Part shown: piece by piece, positions 33,900 through 41,883 of the stretch
Layout: each line of letters begins with the position of its first letter
Position numbering within the stretch: the first letter of the stretch is position 1
Source: Clostridia bacterium
GTDB taxonomy: Bacteria > Bacillota > Clostridia > Christensenellales > DTU072
Length of the DNA: 64,000 bases
Direction: 5' to 3'
NCBI GenBank assembly: GCA_017403145.1
Contig: JAFQOO010000007.1
Span: forward strand, 142,889-206,888
Translations under genes and position numbers: made by a program
The notes under the pieces: generated by a model
What the model saw: only the letters and a program-made list of their open reading frames with translations
Database searches by the model: none
What the model was told of the DNA's origin: nothing

Positions 33900-36041
33900 A
33901 TGAAAATCGTTAAATTGATAAACGAAAATTGGTCTTTTACTAAAGAAGGTAAAACCGAAGTGGTAAGTGTTCCCCATTGTTGGAATGCTATAGACGGTCA
34001 AAACCAACCCAATTATTATCGTGGTAATTGTTCCTACGTTAAAGAGTTGGAAGGCTTGAGTGGAACTTCTATAATTCGTATAGAAGGTGCTAACTCCGTT
34101 TCCTCGGTGTATGCAAACGGAACGCTAGTTGCAAGCCATCGCGGTGGATATTCTGCATATTCTGCAAACGTTACCGACTACGTAGTTGACGGCAAATGCG
34201 AAATAAGAATTGACGTGGATAATAGCGATTTCGACGACGTATATCCTTCAACCGCAGACTTCACTTTCTATGGTGGATTGTATCGTAACGTTACCTTGTT
34301 TACTAGCGTTGGAGAAGGTTATTTCGACGTTGTAAACTATGGTGGAAGCGGTGTTAAAGTTACTCCCGTTTTACAGGATGGAAAGTGGCAAGTTAGCCTT
34401 CTTGGTACCATCTTTGGCAAGGGCGATAATATCGAGTATACTATAAGCGATAAAGAAGGAAAGGTGGTTGCAACCCTTTCTGCAAGACCTTATGAAGAAG
34501 CTACTGCTATAATCGATAATCCTATACTTTGGGATACCAAAAATCCTCACTTGTATACCGTCAACGCAAAATTATTGCTCGATGGCGAAGTTATAGACGA
34601 AAGCACGACTCGCTTTGGTTTAAGGGAAATCGTATTTGATAGCGAACGTGGCTGTATCCTTAACGGAACTCCTATTAAGCTAAAGGGTGTATCCCGCCAT
34701 CAAGATAGAGAAAACCTGGGTAACGCTCTTACTTATGAACATATCAAGGAAGATATCGAACTTATAAAAGAGGTAGGTTCAAATTCCATTCGTCTAGCAC
34801 ACTATCAACAAAACCAAATTATCTATGATTTAGCGGATGAAAACGGTATTTTGGTATGGGCGGAAATCCCCGTTATTTCTCGTTGGGCTCAAAAGAAGCT
34901 TGAGAATGCAAAATCACAATTAGTAGAACTAATCAGTCAAAACTATAATCACCCCTCCATTTTCTGCTGGGGCGTTCAAAATGAAATCACCATTGGTGGC
35001 GGTGGTGGAGCAAGTAAAAAATGCGTTAAGGGTGTTAAAGAGCTTAACGACCTAGCAAAATCTATGGATGCAACTCGTCCTACCACTTGCGCCCAAGTTA
35101 TGATGGCATCAAAGACCGACCCTCTAAATAGCGTTACCGATATTTTAGGATTTAACATTTATTATGGTTGGTACGTTCAAAGATACGTTGATATCGATGC
35201 TTGGCTAGACGATTTCCACGCACAAAATCCTACCCTAAAGCTTTGTCTATCCGAGTATGGTGCCGAAGCAGTTCTTCGTTATTGGTCCTCGAACCCGTCG
35301 CAAGGCGACTATGGCGAGCAATATCAAGCAATACTACACGCTCACTATGCTAATGCAATTATGTCGCGTGATTGGATGTGGGGCGGATACGTATGGAATA
35401 TGTTCGACTTTGGTTCCGCTATCCGTAACGAAGGCGGAGTTTCCGGTAAGAACAACAAAGGACTTGTTACCTTCGATAGAAAGACCCGCAAAGACTCCTT
35501 CTATGCCTATAAAGCATATTGGTGTGATGAAAAATTCGTTCACGTTGGTGGTGAAAGATACGTGCAACGTGCTATAGGTAAATCTAGAGTAGACGTATTT
35601 AGCAATTGCGAAGAGGTTGAGCTATTCGTAAACGGAACCTCTTACGGAGTAAAACAAGGTAAACTTACCACCTACGAAGTAGATATCGTTAGCGGTGAAA
35701 ACGAAATCAAGGCTGTTGCAGGGGATTGCACTCACGTTATAGTTGTTCAAGGCGTAGAGGAAGAACCCTCATCCTATAAATGCAATCAAGCAGGCAACTT
35801 GGTACGCAACTGGTTTGCTGCAGACGATGCAACAACCTCTGCTGATTGCCTATCAGTAAACGATAAAGTAGGTGTTGTGTTAAAGAGCAAAGACGTTCAA
35901 GCAATGCTAGGCTCCAAGATACCTATGTGGGTAGCAAAAATAGCTTCTCCCTTCAAAGTCAAGACCCTTCTCAAGTTAGCCCGCATATCACCCGAAATGG
36001 TAGGGATTGTGAATAATTTCTTGCAAACCATCAAAAAGTAA
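33900..36041 (+). CDS. Glycoside hydrolase family 2 (beta-galactosidase/beta-glucuronidase-like).
   Basis: The N-terminal sugar-binding domain has W.F......VP.CWNA. The TIM barrel has NSIRLAHYQQN, WAEIPV and NHPSIFCWGVQNEI. Confidence 0.88.
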   Translation: MKIVKLINENWSFTKEGKTEVVSVPHCWNAIDGQNQPNYYRGNCSYVKELEGLSGTSIIRIEGANSVSSVYANGTLVASHRGGYSAYSANVTDYVVDGKCEIRIDVDNSDFDDVYPSTADFTFYGGLYRNVTLFTSVGEGYFDVVNYGGSGVKVTPVLQDGKWQVSLLGTIFGKGDNIEYTISDKEGKVVATLSARPYEEATAIIDNPILWDTKNPHLYTVNAKLLLDGEVIDESTTRFGLREIVFDSERGCILNGTPIKLKGVSRHQDRENLGNALTYEHIKEDIELIKEVGSNSIRLAHYQQNQIIYDLADENGILVWAEIPVISRWAQKKLENAKSQLVELISQNYNHPSIFCWGVQNEITIGGGGGASKKCVKGVKELNDLAKSMDATRPTTCAQVMMASKTDPLNSVTDILGFNIYYGWYVQRYVDIDAWLDDFHAQNPTLKLCLSEYGAEAVLRYWSSNPSQGDYGEQYQAILHAHYANAIMSRDWMWGGYVWNMFDFGSAIRNEGGVSGKNNKGLVTFDRKTRKDSFYAYKAYWCDEKFVHVGGERYVQRAIGKSRVDVFSNCEEVELFVNGTSYGVKQGKLTTYEVDIVSGENEIKAVAGDCTHVIVVQGVEEEPSSYKCNQAGNLVRNWFAADDATTSADCLSVNDKVGVVLKSKDVQAMLGSKIPMWVAKIASPFKVKTLLKLARISPEMVGIVNNFLQTIKK

Positions 36042-36050
36042 AAACACGTT

Positions 36051-36640
36051 ATTTTAGCGCTATACTTCACAAAACAAGAGCCTCCCTCGGTCGTTTACCT
36101 TTAGTAAAGTCCCGTCGGTAGGCTCTTTTGTTTTGCCTTGTCTAGCATCTAAACTAACGCGTTTTTAAGAGGCACCACAATACTTTTAGAACAATGAACC
36201 ACGCATTTTAGCGCTATCCATTGAAAAAGTAAAAAGCCGTCAGGGCGCAGTACCTTTAGTACAGCAACCCCTCGGCTTTTTTCTTTTCCTTCGCCTAGCA
36301 TCTAAACTAACGCGTTTTTAAGAGGCACCACAATACTTTTAGAACAATGAACCACGCATTTTAGCGCTATCCATTGAAAAAGTAAAAAGCAGTCAGAGCG
36401 CAGTACCTTTAGTACAGCAACCCCTCGGCTTTTTTCTTTTCCTTCGCCTAGCATCTAAACTAACGCGTTTTTAAGAGGCACCACAATGCTTTTAGAACAA
36501 TGCACCGCGCATTTTAGCGCTATACTGCAAAAATAAAGAGTCCTATCAGGCGCAGTACTACAAGTACAGCAACCCCTTGGGACTCTTCCTTTATCTTATC
36601 TAGCATCTAAAGTAACGTGTTTATCAAGGTGTTTATATAC
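36051..36640. repeat. Tandem repeat of about 153 nt, 3.8 copies, each with a long hairpin followed by a T-run.
   Basis: attttagcgctat occurs at 36051, 36205, 36358 and 36511. ctagcatctaaa occurs at 36142, 36295, 36448 and 36600. Units 2 and 3 are nearly identical. The hairpin arms covary: AAGAGCCT/AGGCTCTT, AAAAGCCG/CGGCTTTT, AAGAGTCC/GGACTCTT. Confidence 0.9.
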
Positions 36641-36664
36641 AAATGAGAAAGTTAATGTTCCTCT

Positions 36665-36880
36665 TTATTCATAGCAATCGATACCTAAAATGTAATCTGA
36701 TTTAACGTCTAATACTTTGCAAAGCTTTGCAAAAGTATCAAGTGCCGGGAAGATATCTAGTTTCATGTATTTAGAAACTGTTTGCGGAGAAACATTAATA
36801 TCTTTAGCTATTTTTTTTTGTGGAATACCTGAGTTTTTAATTGCTTCACGCAGTCTAATTTGAATATTTTTTAATTCCAT
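36665..36880 (-). CDS. XRE-family helix-turn-helix transcriptional regulator (71 aa).
   Basis: IRLREAIKNSGIPQKKIAKDINVSPQTVSKYMK....PALDTFAKLCKVLDVKSDYILG. An AAGGAAG RBS is present. Confidence 0.88.
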   Translation of the reverse strand: MELKNIQIRLREAIKNSGIPQKKIAKDINVSPQTVSKYMKLDIFPALDTFAKLCKVLDVKSDYILGIDCYE

Positions 36881-36924
36881 GTTGTCAACTTCCTTTTATA
36901 TTATATAAAAGTAGTGTCGCATAT

Positions 36925-36969
36925 TATACGATTTTTGTCTTGACAATCGTATATTAGGTGATTTATAAT
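36925..36969 (+). promoter_or_regulatory. Consensus promoter with a 9-bp inverted-repeat operator straddling the -35.
   Basis: TTGACA (36940-45), 18 nt, TATAAT (36964-69). TATACGATT (36925-33) pairs with AATCGTATA (36945-53). The opposite-strand TTGTCA overlaps at 36941-46, the same geometry as at 22838. Confidence 0.7.
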
Positions 36970-36998
36970 TGTGTTATCAAATAGGATTGGAGGATTAT

Positions 36999-37775
36999 AT
37001 GAAAAAGATTTTTAATTTTTTAATTGTATTAATGTTTGTAATAATTTTAGGTTTATGTGTTTATGGTTGCGGTAGCAATAATTATGATGATGAACAAACC
37101 AAGCTTGAAGAAAAATTAGAAAAAAATATTGATATAAATATTAATGTTGATGGTAGTATTAATACATTTATGGTTACCGAGGGGCAAATAGCCAACGTAA
37201 CTTCTTTTACTAAACCCGGTTATTATCTAAAGGGCGTTTTTGATAAAAATGAAGGAGGTGTAAAGTATTTTGATTCCAATGGAGAATCCACTACTGTATG
37301 GCAAAAAACCTATCCTACTACTTTATATGCACAATGGGGAGAATTGAGCGAATTATCAAAGACTCTAGCTACAAAGTTTTCAGAAGAAGCTAGTTATTAT
37401 ACATGGTCAGTTAATCTTGCATGGGCTCTTCCAAGTGATTTTGTAAATGCTGTAAAAGGAAATTTAGCTGAGAACATAGTGGTTACACTTAGCTTTAGAC
37501 TTAAAGAAGGAAGCAGTACTATATTTAGCACAAATGACAAAACAACTCATATAATGTTAAAATCAACAACGGGTGATGATGCAGAAACCTTTGGAACAAA
37601 AACAGCGCAGTCATATACTAACAATTATACAGATTATCAATTAGAGTGGTATGTTCCTGCAAGGTGCGCTAAAGATGGACGAATAATAATAGAATTCAAT
37701 AGAGGTAACAGCTTCAATGAAACTTATATTCGTGATGCAGTGGTAACGGTTGGATTTGAGGTAAATCATGAATAA
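36999..37775 (+). CDS. Lipoprotein with one Listeria-Bacteroides-type repeat and an otherwise unknown C-domain.
   Basis: MKKIFNFLIVLMFVIILGLCVYGCGSN has a lipobox. VTEGQIANVTSFTKPGYYLKGVFDK......FDSNG.......YPTTLYAQW is B-repeat-like. GGAGG lies 5 nt before the ATG at 36999. Confidence 0.72.
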   Translation: MKKIFNFLIVLMFVIILGLCVYGCGSNNYDDEQTKLEEKLEKNIDININVDGSINTFMVTEGQIANVTSFTKPGYYLKGVFDKNEGGVKYFDSNGESTTVWQKTYPTTLYAQWGELSELSKTLATKFSEEASYYTWSVNLAWALPSDFVNAVKGNLAENIVVTLSFRLKEGSSTIFSTNDKTTHIMLKSTTGDDAETFGTKTAQSYTNNYTDYQLEWYVPARCAKDGRIIIEFNRGNSFNETYIRDAVVTVGFEVNHE

Positions 37776-38217
37776 AAGACATATTATATTTTTGGTTATA
37801 ATCTTAACAATTTTAGTTGTTGGTTTAGTCGGATGTAACGATGATGATAGCATATATTATCAAAGAGAATATTGGGTTGGTACATATACTTTTGAAAAAG
37901 AGGTTACTTTTCTAAGTACGAATAATAAAATAATTTTTGATAAAGAAAATACAATTAAAGTATATATTGAGTTACGAGACGATGGTTCATATAGATTGTT
38001 AGAAAAAGTAAACGATAAAGACCTTTTAGTTACTTTAGTAGATAATACTGGAACATGGGAATTAGTTAGAGAGCCTTCGGCGGGGTATTGTATATATATG
38101 TATACAGGTTTTAATTACATAAACAAAATATATATATCAAAGGACGGAAATCTAACCTTTGCAGGAGATTCCTATTTCCATGAAGATAAATGCGGAATAG
38201 ATATTATACAAAGATAG
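37768..38217 (+). CDS. Hypothetical lipoprotein (149 aa).
   Basis: MNKRHIIFLVIILTILVVGLVGCNDD has the lipobox LVGC. The start overlaps the upstream gene by 8 nt. Confidence 0.65.
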   Translation: MNKRHIIFLVIILTILVVGLVGCNDDDSIYYQREYWVGTYTFEKEVTFLSTNNKIIFDKENTIKVYIELRDDGSYRLLEKVNDKDLLVTLVDNTGTWELVREPSAGYCIYMYTGFNYINKIYISKDGNLTFAGDSYFHEDKCGIDIIQR

Positions 38218-38227
38218 GGGGAAAGAT

Positions 38228-38695
38228 ATGGCATTAATTAGTTGTCCAGAATGCAAAAAACAAATTTCAAATATGGCGAAAGCTTGTCCACATTGTGGCT
38301 TCCCACTCCTTAATGAGCAAGGAAACAAAATTACAATAAAAAATAATACAGGCGAAAATATATTGTTTGAAACAAGTAGCAATCGTTGGAGAATAGAGCG
38401 TGGTCAAACAATGAGTGTAAATTTTACACAAGGCGGATGTTTTACATTTTTCTATAGTTATGAGGTTACCTATAAAATTCATGATAGGGATGTCGGAGAT
38501 ATAGAAACTAGAAATTATTATACTTGCAGTAAAAGTGCGAATTTTATAACAGGTAAAAATTATTATGTAACTGTTGATGCAGATAAAACTTTTAGAACTG
38601 TTTATCATAGCAATGGTGGATTTTTTGGTAGGGAGAAGCCAGTAGATAAATCAGGTAGAGATAAAATGATTCTAGAAATAAAGACAGTAAGATAG
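38228..38695 (+). CDS. Zinc-ribbon domain protein (155 aa).
   Basis: The N-terminus CPECKKQIS....ACPHCGFPL is a CxxC...CxxC motif. The rest has no recognisable family. Confidence 0.65.
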   Translation: MALISCPECKKQISNMAKACPHCGFPLLNEQGNKITIKNNTGENILFETSSNRWRIERGQTMSVNFTQGGCFTFFYSYEVTYKIHDRDVGDIETRNYYTCSKSANFITGKNYYVTVDADKTFRTVYHSNGGFFGREKPVDKSGRDKMILEIKTVR

Positions 38696-38756
38696 ACGTT
38701 TAATATAAAAAAGATATATACAACGAAAAATAAATGAAGAAAATGCTTGATAAAAA

Positions 38757-38780
38757 TAGCTCCGAAAGGAGCTATTTTTT
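38757..38780. terminator. Bidirectional intrinsic terminator.
   Basis: tagctcc, loop gaaa, ggagcta, flanked by A5 and T6 runs. Confidence 0.8.
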
Positions 38781-38794
38781 ACATATATTAAAAA

Positions 38795-40180
38795 TTATTT
38801 CGGCATATGCCTTAACTCGAAGAAGAGCATAATTGCTGCAGAGATAAAGGCGATAAGGTCGGATATCGGGGCTGCGAACATTACACCCTCTACACCCATA
38901 AAGATAGGTAATACTATTAGTAGGGGGAGTAGGAATATTACTTGTTTTATTAGGGAAAGAATGGCGCCTTTTACCGCTTTTCCTATTGCTTGGAAGAAGG
39001 TCGTCGAGGCAATTTGTACGCCGTTTAAGAAAGTGAAGAATAGAAATACTCGTAGATATTTTGTGCCAAATTCAAAGTATAGTTCGCTACCCTCTCCAAA
39101 TAGTGAAATTAGTGGGCGAGGTGCAAACATAAAGAGTGCAAAAGCAAACAACGAGAATATGAACGAGGAAATTATCGCAAGCTTTAACGTATCACGCACG
39201 CGCTTATAATTTTTAGCACCATAGTTATATCCAAATATTGGTTGCGCGCCTTGTATAATGCCTATTATAACCGCTAAAAATATTAGGGATATCTTGGAAA
39301 CTATGCCGGCAATAGCAATAGGGATATCGCTACCATATATAGAATCAGCACCATATTTTTTGAGCATATTGTTGGAAACAATTTGTATTACCATTGTGCT
39401 TATTTGGAAAATAAAAGAAGACATTCCCACCGTAGCTATAATTTTTGCAATGCTAAATTTGGGTATAAAGTCTTTTATTTTTACACGCACGTTCTTAAAC
39501 CATATAAAATATAACGCACACATTGTGGCAGCAACAATTTGACTTATAAGTGTTGCCCAAGCGGCACCTGCCATACCCCAATCGCAAACGAAAATAAATA
39601 TGGGGTCTAGTATGGTGTTGAGTATTGCGCCCGTTAGCACCGAAAGCATACTATAAATGGGTGAACCATCAGCACGAATTATAGGGTTAAAACCTGTGGA
39701 AAAAAGCAAGAATGGGATACCAAAAGAGGTAATTCTAGTATACTCAACAGCATAATCAATGGTTAGCTCCGTTGCTCCAAAAAGGTATAACAAATCTTTT
39801 AGGAATACGTTGGTTATAACCATTATTACTAGTCCGCTAGCAATCAGAAGGGTGCTTGCCGTACCAACTATCATCTTTGCTTTTTCGGGATTTTTTCTGC
39901 CTATTTCTAGGTTGAAATTGGCGGATGCTCCAAGTCCAACCATAAGACCTATTGCCATACAAATGGTGGTAAGAGGGAAGGCTACCGACGTTGCTGCGTT
40001 GCCGAGGTATCCTACTCCGTGTCCGATAAAGATTTGGTCGACGATGTTATAAAGAGAGTTGACTAAGTTTGCTATAATTGCGGGTATAGCAAGGGCAAGG
40101 AGTAGCTTGGGTATGGATTTTGTACCCATCATATTTGATTTTTCGTTGACGTTTTCTTGGACTAATACTTCTTCGCTCAT
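38795..40180 (-). CDS. MATE-family efflux transporter.
   Basis: 461 aa with 12 TM segments. The N-terminus IPKLLLALAIPAIIANLVNSLYNIVDQIFIGH.VG..GNAA is typical of MATE/NorM. Confidence 0.88.
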   Translation of the reverse strand: MSEEVLVQENVNEKSNMMGTKSIPKLLLALAIPAIIANLVNSLYNIVDQIFIGHGVGYLGNAATSVAFPLTTICMAIGLMVGLGASANFNLEIGRKNPEKAKMIVGTASTLLIASGLVIMVITNVFLKDLLYLFGATELTIDYAVEYTRITSFGIPFLLFSTGFNPIIRADGSPIYSMLSVLTGAILNTILDPIFIFVCDWGMAGAAWATLISQIVAATMCALYFIWFKNVRVKIKDFIPKFSIAKIIATVGMSSFIFQISTMVIQIVSNNMLKKYGADSIYGSDIPIAIAGIVSKISLIFLAVIIGIIQGAQPIFGYNYGAKNYKRVRDTLKLAIISSFIFSLFAFALFMFAPRPLISLFGEGSELYFEFGTKYLRVFLFFTFLNGVQIASTTFFQAIGKAVKGAILSLIKQVIFLLPLLIVLPIFMGVEGVMFAAPISDLIAFISAAIMLFFELRHMPK

Positions 40181-40339
40181 ACGTTTCTCTTTCGTTTTCG
40201 TTCAAGGTATTTTAGCACAATCAAGTTTTAAACTCAAACGTTATTTATATGTTTTAAGTATTCAAATACTTAATTTGTCAAAATGGCTATTGATTATGGT
40301 TTTAAGTAGTGTTATAATGTAAAAAAGGTAGGCGTAAAT

Positions 40340-41215
40340 ATGAAAATAATCGACTTATTAACGGAAGACAAACTTACTATTTCTTTCGAGGTGTTCCCTC
40401 CTAAGACGGAAACTAGCTTTGAATCGGTTAAACTTGCAACCGAGGAAATAGCTACGCTTCATCCTGCTTTTATGAGCGTAACTTATGGCGCCGGAGGAGG
40501 AACAAGCAAATATACTCTTGACATTGCAAAGGATATCAAGAACAATTTTGGAGTACCTTCTCTCGCTCACCTCACTTGCGTTTCTTCGGATAGAGCTACC
40601 GTTAAAGAGCGCATTAAGGAGATAAAAGAAGCGGGAATTACCAATATTATGGCATTGCGTGGCGATATCCCAAAAGAGCTTGAAAATGCCGACCGTACCC
40701 ATTGGGACTATCACTACGCGACCGACCTCATTACGGAGATAAAGGAAAGTGGCGGAGATTTTTGTATTGGTGGCGCTTGTTATCCCGAAGTGCACCCCGA
40801 AAGTCGTTCACGTAAAGAGGATATCCTCAATTTGAAGAGGAAGGTTGACGCGGGCTGTGATTTTCTCACCACCCAAATGTTTTTTGATAACAACATTCTT
40901 TATAATTTCTTATATAAGATACGCGAAGCGGGAATTGACGCTCCCGTTATGCCCGGTATTATGCCCATTACTAATGCCAACCAAGTTGAGCGTGCTATAA
41001 AGCTTTCCGGCTCCTTTATGCCCACCCGCTTTAAGTCCCTTGTTGATAAGTTTGGCTATAATCCTAAGGCAATGATGCAAGCGGGTATCGCCTATGCCAC
41101 CGACCAAATCATAGACTTGTTTGCAAACGGTATCAAAAACGTGCACGTCTATTCTATGAATAAGCCGGAGGTCGCTAGAAAAATTATGGATAACCTAAAG
41201 GATATTTTAGGATAA
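40340..41215 (+). CDS. metF: Methylenetetrahydrofolate reductase.
   Basis: SFEVFPPKT, MSVTYGAGG, ALRGD and TQMFFD are present. Length is 291 aa. Confidence 0.92.
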   Translation: MKIIDLLTEDKLTISFEVFPPKTETSFESVKLATEEIATLHPAFMSVTYGAGGGTSKYTLDIAKDIKNNFGVPSLAHLTCVSSDRATVKERIKEIKEAGITNIMALRGDIPKELENADRTHWDYHYATDLITEIKESGGDFCIGGACYPEVHPESRSRKEDILNLKRKVDAGCDFLTTQMFFDNNILYNFLYKIREAGIDAPVMPGIMPITNANQVERAIKLSGSFMPTRFKSLVDKFGYNPKAMMQAGIAYATDQIIDLFANGIKNVHVYSMNKPEVARKIMDNLKDILG

Positions 41216-41216
41216 T

Positions 41217-41882
41217 ATGGCGGTATCTTTAGTAAAAAGCTTTTTAGAGCCACCCATCGATGTTTTAGAAATACTAAGGTATGCGGGACAAAAGGAGAAA
41301 ACGAGCGAGCTCGACGGCATTATAACGGAGTGCCTAGAAGAAGCAAAACCCTATTTAACCTATAAGGTTTGTTACGCCTATTTACCTTGCGAGGTAAATG
41401 GAGTAGAGGTTATGCTTGGAGAAAAAAAACTATCTTCGATTTCGTTAAGTAAAAATCTTGCCGGTTGTGAGCAAGCGGTAATATTTTCTTCGACGATAGG
41501 TATTGGTATTGATAGATTGATTGAAAAATATAAGGCTATAGCTCCATTAAAATCACTAATTATGCACGCCATAGGAGTGGAGCGTATAGAGAGCTTGGCT
41601 AATAGTTTTTGTGCCTATATAAAGAAAGAATTGGCGCTTGAAGGCAAAAAAATCAGACCACGTTTTAGTGCGGGATATGGTGATTTCAAGGTGGAAAATC
41701 AAAAGCTGTTTTTTGAGTATCTAGAAAGCACCAAGCTACTAGGACTAACGTTAAACGACAGCTACTTAATGTCGCCTTCGAAATCGGTTACCGCTATTGT
41801 CGGCATATATGATTGCGAGGGAAAAGAGCAAGCACAGGGTTGCAAAGCTTGTGTTTTGAAAGATTGTGAGTACAGGAGATAA
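41217..41882 (+). CDS. Stand-alone B12-dependent methionine synthase activation (AdoMet-binding) domain protein.
   Basis: RPRFSAGYGDFKVENQKLFFEYL......GLTLNDSYLMSPSKSVTAIVGI. It sits between metF and metH. Confidence 0.75.
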   Translation: MAVSLVKSFLEPPIDVLEILRYAGQKEKTSELDGIITECLEEAKPYLTYKVCYAYLPCEVNGVEVMLGEKKLSSISLSKNLAGCEQAVIFSSTIGIGIDRLIEKYKAIAPLKSLIMHAIGVERIESLANSFCAYIKKELALEGKKIRPRFSAGYGDFKVENQKLFFEYLESTKLLGLTLNDSYLMSPSKSVTAIVGIYDCEGKEQAQGCKACVLKDCEYRR

Positions 41883-41883
41883 A

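Noticed and set aside
36051-36640. Possible CRISPR array.
   Set aside because: The whole 153-nt unit is repeated with no unique spacers. The unit length is far outside the CRISPR repeat range, and no cas genes are present.
40181-40339. Possible SAM or T-box leader upstream of metF.
   Set aside because: The region is only about 160 nt of AT-rich sequence with a plausible promoter (TTGATT-17-TATAAT). I saw no conserved riboswitch core or terminator/antiterminator pair.
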